Source of the DNA: a virus
Direction: 5' to 3' (one strand)
IMG/VR virus record: IMGVR_UViG_3300017991_000009
Coordinates: 1-64,000 of that record
Length of the DNA: 64,000 nucleotides
The position numbers were made by a program, and so were the translations under genes. Each line of letters begins with the position of its first letter. The first letter of the stretch is position 1. The notes beneath the pieces are model-generated. The model ran no database searches, was not told the DNA's origin, and saw only the letters and a program-made list of their open reading frames with translations. Below, in pieces: positions 10,243-18,972 of this stretch.

Positions 10243-10582
10243 GAAGGCCCCCTTCGCTGGGGTGCTCCTCACCGACGCCGCCTTAGCTCGTATCATTACC
10301 GGCTACGAGAAAAAGCTGAAGGAGCAAGCGGCTACGATCGAAAAGCTCAAGAGGGGGCACGCGGCCGAGAAGAAGTCGGCCGACGCGATTTGTGCGGTGA
10401 AGGTGATCAAGGAGCAGGCGAAGTACCAGGCCTGTACACTGGACCGTGAACGCCAACGAGAGATCTACCGCAAGGCACTTGACTCCAAGAAGTGCCCACA
10501 CCCCGCCTGGAACTACGTCTCGTTCATCGCAGGAAACATCGTAGCAGGTGGCATCTGCGCCGCCATAGATAGGACCAGATAG
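10115..10582 (+). CDS. Secreted coiled-coil protein, putative non-canonical o-spanin partner
   Basis: Signal peptide ending SAFA-Q with no lipobox Cys; coiled coil; C-terminal hydrophobic segment; overlaps the Rz-like gene. Confidence 0.45.
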   Translation: MSTRGWRRILLPLMLSLIASSAFAQPKTKTPTPTEKARLQKGKKAPFAGVLLTDAALARIITGYEKKLKEQAATIEKLKRGHAAEKKSADAICAVKVIKEQAKYQACTLDRERQREIYRKALDSKKCPHPAWNYVSFIAGNIVAGGICAAIDRTR

Positions 10583-11158
10583 ATGACGATTCATGGAATG
10601 ATGATGGCCCCTGGTGGTGGCGCAGGAGGTGGTGGAGGGAGCGACGATAGCAACAACAAGAAACCTAACCCCGAGGCTCCGAGGCGGCCGTCAGGCACAG
10701 CCTACCCAATGGTAAGCCCGGACGACTCGGTGCCGCACACCCCTATAGTGAAGAAGGAAGAGGATGAAGTCATGGTGCCTATGCCTGTCGTATTAGCAAA
10801 GGGCACCTTCATGAAGTTCGCCTTCCTGTTACTGGGGTCGTTGTTGGTAAGCGTGTCGGCGATTCTAGCGTTCTACTGGAAGCATCACTTTGAGTTCAAG
10901 ACCCACATCGGTGACCAGACCATTCACCTGACGAGCGGAGAGCGCGCTACTCTGGAAACGAAGAGTGAGGCGCAAGCAAACCGCAAGATGATGGTGGAGC
11001 AGGTGAAGCGGGAAGTTGAGTACAAGCACCGCGAAATTGTGTTGAAACAGAAGGAGCAGATCCAGAAGATTGGCGAGGAGCTACAATCCTCACAAGAAAA
11101 GAAGCTGAATAGCATCCTCAACGAAGTTAGGCGCACGCGCCGCGCAGTTAGTAACTAA
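10583..11158 (+). CDS. Membrane-anchored coiled-coil protein
   Basis: One central TM helix followed by coiled coil. Confidence 0.55.
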   Translation: MTIHGMMMAPGGGAGGGGGSDDSNNKKPNPEAPRRPSGTAYPMVSPDDSVPHTPIVKKEEDEVMVPMPVVLAKGTFMKFAFLLLGSLLVSVSAILAFYWKHHFEFKTHIGDQTIHLTSGERATLETKSEAQANRKMMVEQVKREVEYKHREIVLKQKEQIQKIGEELQSSQEKKLNSILNEVRRTRRAVSN

Positions 11159-11248
11159 CCCACCTTTGACGCGCACGTGACGCGGTAAAAATACCTTGCA
11201 ACCAACTTGATCCTATTATAGACATGTTGCAGTTATTTTCGACTGCAC

Positions 11249-13510
11249 ATGAGGGACAGACAGTTGGTAAGGTTATTCATCGAAAGCGGCATTCGAATCA
11301 GGTGTAGGGAGCTACCCAAGGAAGTTCTGAAGGAGCTTGCACGCAAAACCACCTACACCGACCCCGTTTACATCAAACGCAGGAAGATGCACCAGGACAC
11401 GGGTGACCTCACCCTGAGAATCAAGACCCACCAGAAGGACCAGCAGTACATCTGGTTTTGGAGGGGCGCCCTGGGCAAGGTTGTGAGGGTTCTGAAGTCC
11501 CACGGCCTCAAGTACGAGGTGGTTGACCAGCGGCTTTGGCTGCCGAAAGTCGACCTCGCGTGCAGCGTAAAGCTCCGCGACTACCAGGAAGCACCTGTTG
11601 CTAAGATGGTTCGCCGGCACCAGACGATCGGCAGGGGCCCGGCCGGGAGCGGTAAGACAGAGATGCTCCTGTCTGTTATCTCCCACTTCAAGCAACCAGC
11701 CTTGGTGCTGGTGTGGAAGGAGAGCCAGCAACGCACCTGGTTGGAGCGCATCCCGAAGTACTTCGATATCGAGCCTGGTGGGATTGGTGGTGCGTTCACT
11801 GGCAAGCCCAAGTTCTCCGAGATCACTGTAGGGATGATTCAGTCGGTACGCACCAGGCTGGAGGAGGTGAAGTACAGGTTCGGCACGGTGGTGTGTGACG
11901 AGGTCTCGAGGTTCGCGGCCCCCACGCTCAGGGAGGTAGTCAACAACATGCCGGCCGCGGTCAGGCTGGGGGCCAGCGATGACGAGCGCAGGTCGGACGA
12001 GAGGGAGTTCCTGCTGTACGACACCTTTGGCCCTAGGGGGTGGAGGCTAGCCGAAGGCAGCGGGCAGTGTGACGTGGAGGTCCTTGCCTACCCCACCAAC
12101 TTTATCTTCGAGGGTGACTACTTCTGGCCCGACCTCATCAAACAATTAACCACCAACAGAGCAAGAAACCAGACCATCATAAGCTTGGCCTGCAACGAGG
12201 CACAGGCGGGTCATCGTGTATTGATATGGAGTGATCGCACCACACACTGCAGGTACCTGAAGGAGGAGATTGAGGCCGCGGGGTTCAAGGCGGGCCTGCT
12301 GTTGGGCGGTCCTACGAACAAGAAGGAGGCGAAGGCAACAGAGAAAGGATTGAGCGACGGAACAGTAGAGATAGGCATCGGCACTTCAGTTGCCGAAGAT
12401 TCGATCAACATCCCACCCCTCGACCGGGGGATCATGACCTGTGCCTCTGCGGACAGGAAGCTGTACCGCTTCAAGCAAATGAGGGGCAGGTTGGCCAGGC
12501 CGTTTGAGGGCAAGCACAGCAGGTTGTATTATCTCTGGGACCGGCGAGTGCCGGTGCTCAAGAGAAAGCTACCACCCATCAGGAAGAGGTACGGTGCAAA
12601 GATACTGTGCCCAACAAAGGAGATGAACATGGCAGAACAAGTAGCAGTGACAACGGAATCCCTCACCAAAGGCTGCAAGGACCTGGGACTGAAGATCCCG
12701 AAGGGTGCGACCCAGCGTACCCTGGAGAAGATCATCCGGCAGGCCTTGAGCAAAGACAAGACCTATGGGTCCTATAGTTGCGGCGCGTGCCGGCGTGACA
12801 TTGTGGACAAGCTGAAGGTCTGCCCCTTCTGCCAGGCAAAGTTCAAGTTCGCCGGCGAGGAGGAGCCCGAAGAGGAGTACGAAGAGGAAGAAGAGGTGAT
12901 GGAGGAGGAAGAGTTCGAGGAGGAGGGCGAGTACGAAGAGGAGCCCGAGGAGGAAGAGGAGCCGGAAGAGGAAGAGGAGCCCGAGGAGGAAGAGGAGGAA
13001 GAAGAGGAAGAGGAGCCCGAGGAAGAGGAGTACGAGGAGGAAGAGGAGGAAGAGGAGGAGCCCGAAGAGCCCGAAGAGGAAGAGGAGGAGGAGTTCGAGG
13101 AGGAGGTAGAGGAGGACGAGTTCGGGGAAGAGCCCGAAGAGGAAGAGGAGGAGCCCGAGCCCCCCAAGAAGGCCCGCAAGAAGCCCACTAAGGCCGCGGC
13201 GAAGCGGAAGAAGGTCTCGGAGGCCGATAAGGCCGCGAAGCGCGAGGAGATCAAGGCGGGGCTCCCCTATAGCAGGGCGCAACTCGAGGAGATGTCTAGA
13301 CCCACGCTGGTGATGATCGCCTCGATCTTGGGCTTCAAGGCCCCGATCAAGCTGGGCTCGAACGAGAAGGTCATCGCCGCGATCCTGAAGGTGGAGGCAA
13401 AGAAGTTCCCCAAGAAGACCGCTGCCAAGAAAGCACCAGCTAAGAAGAAGGCCCCCGCCAAGAAGGCCCCTACCCCCCGGAGGAAGAAGGTTCGCCGTCG
13501 CAGTAGTTAG
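11249..13510 (+). CDS. SF2 DExD/H helicase (UvsW/XPB-like) in frame with a Zn-finger, poly-Glu and Lys/Ala-rich module
   Basis: LRDYQ Q-motif, Walker A GPAGSGKT, VVCDEV, motif VI QMRGRLAR; internal AAGGAG RBS and in-frame ATGs at 12623 and 12629. Confidence 0.85.
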   Translation: MRDRQLVRLFIESGIRIRCRELPKEVLKELARKTTYTDPVYIKRRKMHQDTGDLTLRIKTHQKDQQYIWFWRGALGKVVRVLKSHGLKYEVVDQRLWLPKVDLACSVKLRDYQEAPVAKMVRRHQTIGRGPAGSGKTEMLLSVISHFKQPALVLVWKESQQRTWLERIPKYFDIEPGGIGGAFTGKPKFSEITVGMIQSVRTRLEEVKYRFGTVVCDEVSRFAAPTLREVVNNMPAAVRLGASDDERRSDEREFLLYDTFGPRGWRLAEGSGQCDVEVLAYPTNFIFEGDYFWPDLIKQLTTNRARNQTIISLACNEAQAGHRVLIWSDRTTHCRYLKEEIEAAGFKAGLLLGGPTNKKEAKATEKGLSDGTVEIGIGTSVAEDSINIPPLDRGIMTCASADRKLYRFKQMRGRLARPFEGKHSRLYYLWDRRVPVLKRKLPPIRKRYGAKILCPTKEMNMAEQVAVTTESLTKGCKDLGLKIPKGATQRTLEKIIRQALSKDKTYGSYSCGACRRDIVDKLKVCPFCQAKFKFAGEEEPEEEYEEEEEVMEEEEFEEEGEYEEEPEEEEEPEEEEEPEEEEEEEEEEEPEEEEYEEEEEEEEEPEEPEEEEEEEFEEEVEEDEFGEEPEEEEEEPEPPKKARKKPTKAAAKRKKVSEADKAAKREEIKAGLPYSRAQLEEMSRPTLVMIASILGFKAPIKLGSNEKVIAAILKVEAKKFPKKTAAKKAPAKKKAPAKKAPTPRRKKVRRRSS
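12856..13160 (+). repeat. Purine-rich low-complexity tract encoding about 100 acidic residues
   Basis: GAG/GAA runs with recurring GAGCCCGA(A/G)GAG units. Confidence 0.85.
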
Positions 13511-13533
13511 TGCTCCTCGACTGTAGTATTACC

Positions 13534-13571
13534 CGAGGGGCAGGGCTGTTATGGCTCTGCCCCTCGCTTTT
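13534..13571 (+). terminator. Rho-independent terminator
   Basis: CGAGGGGCAGGGC-TGTTATG-GCTCTGCCCCTCG followed by CTTTT. Confidence 0.7.
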
Positions 13572-13585
13572 AGTAGGAGCCGCAG

Positions 13586-15343
13586 ATGGAAATCTTGCCC
13601 GAGTTGAAGCAGTATATTTTGCGAAAGAAGTGGAAGTACCGAAACATTAGTGGTGGTAATCTGGCGATCCAGACCTGCCCCTTCTGCGGTAAGTCGAAGT
13701 GGAAGTTCTACATCCACGCCCAGCGTACTATCTATCGGTGCTGGAACTGTGACGCACGGGGCAACCTGTACCGGCTGAAGCGGGAACTAGGGGACCTCCA
13801 GCAGGTGGTGTCGGCAGCCCAGGCCGCTGGCGAGGAGGGTGCTAAGGGCGGGAAGCCGGTACCAATGAAGTACGTGGAGAAGTGGCACCAGCAACTCCTC
13901 CGGAACGAGAGAGCCCTCGAGTATTGCGATAGGAGAGGCTTCGAGTTACAGACCATCAAGAAGTTCAAGCTGGGTCTGCAGAAGAAGCACGGCATTTACT
14001 GGTTAGCGATCCCCCACATCAACGACGGCGTGTGCCACAACGTGAAGTTCAGGAGCTTACCCCCAGCCGAGAAGTCTTTCAGGCGGGTGAAGGGAGCGGC
14101 CTCTGTTCTGTTCAACGCTGACTGCTTGGCGGACTTTGATACGGTGGTGGTCACCGAGTCGGAGACCGACGCGATAGCCCTCTGGCAGGCAGGTGTGCAC
14201 AACGTCATAGGGCTCACAGGAGGAGCAGAAACATTCTTGCCCGAGTGGTACGACGTGTTGGCTGATAAGGAGGATATCACCATTTGCTTGGACGCTGATG
14301 CAGTAGGGCAGAACGGGGCCCGTGCACTAGCCCGTAGGATGGGCTTCGATAAGTGTTACAACGTCCTACTCCCAATGCACGACGCCAACGAGGTGCTGAA
14401 GGTGATGGGCGGGCCGGAGCTAGCCAGGGCGGTACAGCAACGCGAGCAGTTCGAGGTGCACGGGGTGGTTACGGCCGCGGATGCAATGCTCCAGTGCCGC
14501 ACCAGGGCAGAGTTAGGTGACGAGGGCTTCACAACACCCTGGGAGTCCGTGAATCGTCTCCTCGGTCCAGGGTGGCAACCTGGTGACCTGGTGATTCTGA
14601 GTGCCAAGGTGAAGATAGGGAAGACCACGTGGGCACTTAACCAAGGGATACACCTGGCCAAGTTGGGGGAGCCGAGCTTGGTCTACTGCCTGGAGATGAG
14701 CGTAGACAGGTTGGCGGAGAAAGTTGCCGCGGTACTCAGGAAGAAGCCGGTGGACGAGCTTAACCACCTGGACTTCTCCCTGGCGCGGTATAAGCTACGC
14801 CGGCTGCCCCTCTACTTCGTCGAGCCCGACTGGGGCGGCTCCCTAAAGGTTGATGCTGTGTTCGATCGTATCAAGGAGAGCGTGAAGCGGTACGGTATCA
14901 AGTTCCTGATATTCGATCACCTCCACTTCTTGTGCAGGTCGTTGCAATACCTTACGGCCGAGGTAGGCCAAGTAACCAGGGCATTCAAGTTGTTGGCCCA
15001 GGAGATGAATATCGTGGTGTTACTGATCGCCCAGCCGAAGAAGATTCAAGGCGACCGGGTGATCAAGTACGACGACATTAAGGACAGTAGCTCCATCCCA
15101 GCCGACGCCGACCAGATTATCCTGCTGCATAGGCAGGCCCGCCCCGCGTCCCTTGCTGATGGTGGCGATGTATCCAACGAGGACGACAACGAAGTACTAG
15201 ACCCCAAGACGTTAGTACGAATTGACGCCGCACGCTTCCGAGGTGGAGGTCAATCAGTGCTATGGTACGATGGGGCCGGTGCAACGTTTTACTCGATGGA
15301 CGATCGCCCCGGGGCAAAGAAGGAACGCCCGCCCGCTGGATAG
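13586..15343 (+). CDS. Primase-helicase (Zn ribbon, TOPRIM, DnaB-like; T7 gp4/Twinkle architecture)
   Basis: CPFC...CWNC; VVTESETDA and CLDADAVG TOPRIM motifs; Walker A AKVKIGKT; LIFDHLHF; DIKDSSSIPADAD. Confidence 0.92.
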   Translation: MEILPELKQYILRKKWKYRNISGGNLAIQTCPFCGKSKWKFYIHAQRTIYRCWNCDARGNLYRLKRELGDLQQVVSAAQAAGEEGAKGGKPVPMKYVEKWHQQLLRNERALEYCDRRGFELQTIKKFKLGLQKKHGIYWLAIPHINDGVCHNVKFRSLPPAEKSFRRVKGAASVLFNADCLADFDTVVVTESETDAIALWQAGVHNVIGLTGGAETFLPEWYDVLADKEDITICLDADAVGQNGARALARRMGFDKCYNVLLPMHDANEVLKVMGGPELARAVQQREQFEVHGVVTAADAMLQCRTRAELGDEGFTTPWESVNRLLGPGWQPGDLVILSAKVKIGKTTWALNQGIHLAKLGEPSLVYCLEMSVDRLAEKVAAVLRKKPVDELNHLDFSLARYKLRRLPLYFVEPDWGGSLKVDAVFDRIKESVKRYGIKFLIFDHLHFLCRSLQYLTAEVGQVTRAFKLLAQEMNIVVLLIAQPKKIQGDRVIKYDDIKDSSSIPADADQIILLHRQARPASLADGGDVSNEDDNEVLDPKTLVRIDAARFRGGGQSVLWYDGAGATFYSMDDRPGAKKERPPAG

Positions 15344-16005
15344 CACACCGAGGGATCGTATCGCATCCTCACAGCCCTGTATGTAAGTAGCATGACATTC
15401 CGACAGCATCCTCCGACCGTCCTCGCCATCGAGTAGCCTCAAATCAGCCTAACTAATTGAAAGTGCAGTGGAACTTTTTCACTGCATATGCAACGAACTT
15501 CTTGCATTCTGAGTAACCTTCCGTAAAATAGAATATGGATGCAATACATACCGACATCATGGCAAATAAGGCCCCTCAGCAAGCAAGTGAAACATTGCTT
15601 GGTGGTGTCGCGGGATTCAATGAAATCCCAAGAGAAGGCTCCCGGATACAAGCAATCTTCCGCAATGGCGCATTGTAGCTCCGGGTTGGAATCAAGCTTA
15701 CTTAGCTCTGCTCGCTTTCGATAGCAAGCAGAGCTAGATCGATCATCAAGATCGATTGCTCGAGTGATTCGCGATTCCAAAAAGCTAGATCAAAGCGATT
15801 TAGCGCCGACGGCCAGCAGGTGAAATGATCTGCAAAGCGTAAGCTATGTCTCGCGCTTTTTCTTTGTCTGAATTCCAGACAAGCTCCCAGATTGAAACAC
15901 CGGGAAGGAAGTTCACTGAATCGTGAGGAGGTGGTTCCCACGATTCAGTGAACGCACATATGTCACCACCTCATGGTTTGTTGGTGGGGCAGGCGAGGAG
16001 CTTTC
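15344..16005. promoter_or_regulatory. Long lower-GC non-coding control region with several hairpins (candidate early promoter/leader)
   Basis: No convincing ORF; TTGCAT-N16-TAAAAT at 15502-15529; inverted repeats at 15464-15486, 15703-15736 and 15911-15953. Confidence 0.6.
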
Positions 16006-16089
16006 GGGTTGTTCGCCTGTCCCTTGATGCCCTTTCGAGTAGAGGGCATCAAGGGGCAATGGAGCCCCCAACAACGTCAGAGGTGACAA
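16006..16089 (+). ncRNA. Structured intergenic element E1 (degenerate copy)
   Basis: GGGTT..[TGTCCCTTGATGCCCT/AGGGCATCAAGGGGCA stem]..ATGG-AGCCC, then CAACAAC and GAGGTGAC before the ATG. Confidence 0.6.
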
Positions 16090-16305
16090 ATGAAGAACGA
16101 CCCCTTCGATACGACAGGAAAGAAAGCTTGCTCGCACTGCAACGGTTACGGATCTTCGCTCAAGGAGCCTGGCAATCGCTGTTCGGTTTGCAATGGCACG
16201 GGCCTGGTTCCGGATTACGAGCACTGCAAGATCTGCAAGGGCGTGCTTGCTGCCGACCCCGAGAGCGGCGAATTGTACTGCACCGAGTGCGGGAGGGTGC
16301 AGTGA
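16090..16305 (+). CDS. Small Zn-finger protein (DnaJ-type CxxCxGxG repeats)
   Basis: CSHCNGYG, CSVCNGTG, CKIC, CTEC; strong RBS. Confidence 0.75.
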   Translation: MKNDPFDTTGKKACSHCNGYGSSLKEPGNRCSVCNGTGLVPDYEHCKICKGVLAADPESGELYCTECGRVQ

Positions 16306-16406
16306 TGGATAAGGATAAAGACAAGCTGGACTTTGCGGATTTCATCGGTATCTATATCTCGATCGTGATTCTCATCACGATCGCCGGTCTGCTACGCGGC
16401 TGTTGA
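16305..16406 (+). CDS. 33-aa membrane peptide
   Basis: GGGAGG RBS; single hydrophobic helix; coupled to the upstream stop. Confidence 0.5.
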   Translation: MDKDKDKLDFADFIGIYISIVILITIAGLLRGC

Positions 16407-16478
16407 TTGTTGCTAGGGCTCACCCACTGGGTGGGTCCACTGGAGCAATCAAGCTCCCAACAACGAATGAGGTGACAC
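16403..16478 (+). ncRNA. Structured intergenic element E2
   Basis: TTGATTGTT-GCTA-[GGGCTCACCC/GGGTGGGTCC]-ACTGG-AGCAATCAA-GCTCC-CAACAAC..GAGGTGAC. Confidence 0.8.
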
Positions 16479-17660
16479 ATGACGACAAGAGTGAAGAAGC
16501 AACGCAAGCCCGCTCCCAAGCTGTCGGTGCAGGACAAGCTGACCAAGCTCCGCGAGGAGATGAACGAGGCGCTGGTGGAGAGGACGGACGAGGTAGACGG
16601 CCTCTTGGTGGCCCTGCTGGCCCGGGAGCATATGCTCCTGTTGGGCCCTCCAGGGACGGCTAAGACGCTGATGGTGGAGCTTGCCAGCAAGGCGATCGAC
16701 GGGTCGTCGTATTTTTACTGGTTGATGTCGAGGTTCACGGTGCCCGAAGAGTTGTTCGGGTCGTTCAGCCTGAAGGCCCTCAAGCAGGACAAGCACGAGA
16801 GGGTCACCGGCGGCAAGCTCCCCGAAGCCTCGATCGCGTTCTTGGACGAGGTGTTCAAAGCTAACTCGGCAATCCTTAACAACCTGTTGACGCTGATCAA
16901 CGAGCGAAAATTCCACAACGGCGGCCAGGCACTCGACGTCCCCCTGGAGACGATGGTTGGGGCGAGCAACGAGCTACCAGAATCAGGCGAGTTGGACGCC
17001 CTCTACGATCGCTTCCTGCTGCGCTACTGGACTTCGTACATATCAGACCGCGGGGCGTTCAAGGATATGTTGATGAACGGCGAGCCGATGATCTCCACAA
17101 CGCTGACGATGGCGGAGCTACAGGCTGCGCAGGAAGAGGCCGACCAGGTGGTCATCACCGAGGACATCCTCGACCTTCTGGTTGAGGTAAAGCAGGCTAT
17201 CGAGAAGGCGGGCTTTCTATGCAGTGACAGGCGATGGGTCAAGTGCTTGTGCCTGCTGCAGGCACACGCTTACCTGAACGGTCGGAGCGAGGTGACGGAA
17301 GAGGACCTGATGCTACTTCGTCACATCCTCTGGAAGGAGCCGAAGGACAGAGGGGAACTGGGACGGGTGATCGCGAAGGTAGCTAACCCGCTGGCGCACG
17401 AGTGCCAGGTTATCCTGGATGCGTGCAAGGAGACGTACAGGGAGATCCCCTTCAACGAGCAAGTGGAGGAAAGCAGGTCGGCAGAGGTCTTCACCCAGGT
17501 AGTGGAGGCCAACGGGCAGTTCAAGCAGGCGGTGGAGAAGTTGAAGAAGCTTGCTAACGGCAAGCGGAGCGGGGTGGTGGAGAGTGCGGTTGACGAGATC
17601 GAAACCATGATGACCGAGGCCGGCCGGTTTGCTGGCAAGGTCAGCGGGCTTTCTATCTAG
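16479..17660 (+). CDS. MoxR/RavA-family AAA+ ATPase
   Basis: LLGPPGTAKT, SRFTVPEELFG, FLDEVFKANSAILNNLL, GASNELP, LYDRF, SDRRW. Confidence 0.95.
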   Translation: MTTRVKKQRKPAPKLSVQDKLTKLREEMNEALVERTDEVDGLLVALLAREHMLLLGPPGTAKTLMVELASKAIDGSSYFYWLMSRFTVPEELFGSFSLKALKQDKHERVTGGKLPEASIAFLDEVFKANSAILNNLLTLINERKFHNGGQALDVPLETMVGASNELPESGELDALYDRFLLRYWTSYISDRGAFKDMLMNGEPMISTTLTMAELQAAQEEADQVVITEDILDLLVEVKQAIEKAGFLCSDRRWVKCLCLLQAHAYLNGRSEVTEEDLMLLRHILWKEPKDRGELGRVIAKVANPLAHECQVILDACKETYREIPFNEQVEESRSAEVFTQVVEANGQFKQAVEKLKKLANGKRSGVVESAVDEIETMMTEAGRFAGKVSGLSI

Positions 17661-17743
17661 GTACCAATGTTGCAACCTGGCCCTTCAGAAGAGGGGCCAG
17701 TGTGGAGCAGTGGTGCTCCAACCAACCCAACAGGAGGTGACAC
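17661..17743 (+). ncRNA. Structured intergenic element E3
   Basis: GTACCAATGTT-GCAAC-[CTGGCCCTTC/GAGGGGCCAG]-TGTGG-AGCAGTGGTGC-TCC..GGAGGTGAC. Confidence 0.8.
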
Positions 17744-18895
17744 ATGGCAACGAAAGCACAGTCAGAGATCAACCGTATCGCGAAGGCTATGGCCAGCACG
17801 GACGCGCCCCACATCGGCAGTATCTGTATGTGGACGCTTACGGGCTGCAGGATCAACCGAGACGACTTGATCAAGCTGTACAAGAAGCACGGCCTGGACG
17901 AGGCTTGGTTGCCCCCAGAGATTGAGGGCAGCGTGGCCTTCACTAAGGCTTTGCGATGGGCGCAGCGTGGCGATCGGCAGGGCTACATGATTCGGCCGAT
18001 CGACGACACCAAAGAGGCAATCATCGTGGGCATTGTGAAGGAGGACGTGGACAAGCCGAAGGAAGACCTGGCCTACGGCGTCGAGGCGAAAGTGAAGTAC
18101 AACAAGGAGCACGAGTCGGTGCAGGTAACTGATTCAAAGCACCCCCTGGCAGGTCGCATCAAGGCCTTGTTCACGGAGATGCAGGAGGCGTACATCGGCC
18201 GGGACTTCACGAGGATGCTCACCAGGAACATTGCCAAGCGGATGGGGTCTATCTGTTTGCGGCACACGGGTGGCGTCTACTTCGTTCCTGTACATCACAC
18301 CGAGACACTGCTGAAACACAGGGCGGTGATGTCGGAAATCGGCGCCGAGTTCTCGGTGCTGCCGGTATATGGGAACGACCTCTCCAAGGAGGACCTGGGG
18401 AAGCAGGCGCGACGCGCGTTGGAAGAGGAGATCAAAGAGGTGGAGGCGGAGATCCAGAAGTTCAAGGAGACCGCCCCGCGCGGCGATACCCTCAAACGCC
18501 GGCTGGAGGAGTTCAAGGAGTTGAAGAAGCGGGCGCAAATGTACGCCCAACTTCTCCAGATCAAAGTGGTCGACATCAACCAGGGGCTGGGGGACTGCGA
18601 AAAGCAGATCAAGGCAATCCTGGGTGTAGTCGAGAAGGAGAAGGGTGAGAAGAAGGGCCGCCGGCGTAAGACGGAGAAGAAGGATACGGAAGCGGTGCCG
18701 AAGGTCAAGAACGTAGTGAAGTCCAGGAAGAAGGCTCCAGCGAAGAAGGCAACGAAGAAAACCCCCGCCAAGAAAGCACCGGCAAAGAAGGCGCCGAAGA
18801 AGAAAGTCCCCGCCAAGAAGAAGGCGCCAGCCAAGGCCAAGGAAGAAGTGATCTCTGATACCGGCAAGGTGAAGATCGTGAAGGTGAAGAAGTAG
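17744..18895 (+). CDS. Coiled-coil protein of the MoxR/VWA cluster (DUF6744-like) with a histone-like PAKKA tail
   Basis: LR.TGGVYFVP motif; position between AAA and VWA genes; KKAPAKK repeats. Confidence 0.6.
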   Translation: MATKAQSEINRIAKAMASTDAPHIGSICMWTLTGCRINRDDLIKLYKKHGLDEAWLPPEIEGSVAFTKALRWAQRGDRQGYMIRPIDDTKEAIIVGIVKEDVDKPKEDLAYGVEAKVKYNKEHESVQVTDSKHPLAGRIKALFTEMQEAYIGRDFTRMLTRNIAKRMGSICLRHTGGVYFVPVHHTETLLKHRAVMSEIGAEFSVLPVYGNDLSKEDLGKQARRALEEEIKEVEAEIQKFKETAPRGDTLKRRLEEFKELKKRAQMYAQLLQIKVVDINQGLGDCEKQIKAILGVVEKEKGEKKGRRRKTEKKDTEAVPKVKNVVKSRKKAPAKKATKKTPAKKAPAKKAPKKKVPAKKKAPAKAKEEVISDTGKVKIVKVKK

Positions 18896-18972
18896 CTTGA
18901 GTGTTGCTAGAGGGCACCATCTCTGGTGCCCTCACTGGAGCAATCAAGCTCCCAACAACCAGAGGTGACAAT
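18894..18972 (+). ncRNA. Structured intergenic element E4
   Basis: AGCTTGAGTGTT-GCTA-[GAGGGCACCA/TGGTGCCCTC]-ACTGG-AGCAATCAAGCT-CCCAACAAC..GAGGTGAC. Confidence 0.8.

Noticed and set aside
12569-13282. Long minus-strand Leu/Phe- or Ser-rich ORFs (also 27570..28025, 18295..18867, 2793..3809, 56991..58049)
   Set aside because: Shadows of + strand genes or low-complexity tracts in GC-rich DNA; no recognisable motifs
15948-16304. Upstream extensions of ORFs 15948, 18901, 20425 and 21583, and ORFs 16403 and 23664, as listed in the track
   Set aside because: They run through the structured elements or overlap better genes; the strong RBSs point to downstream ATGs
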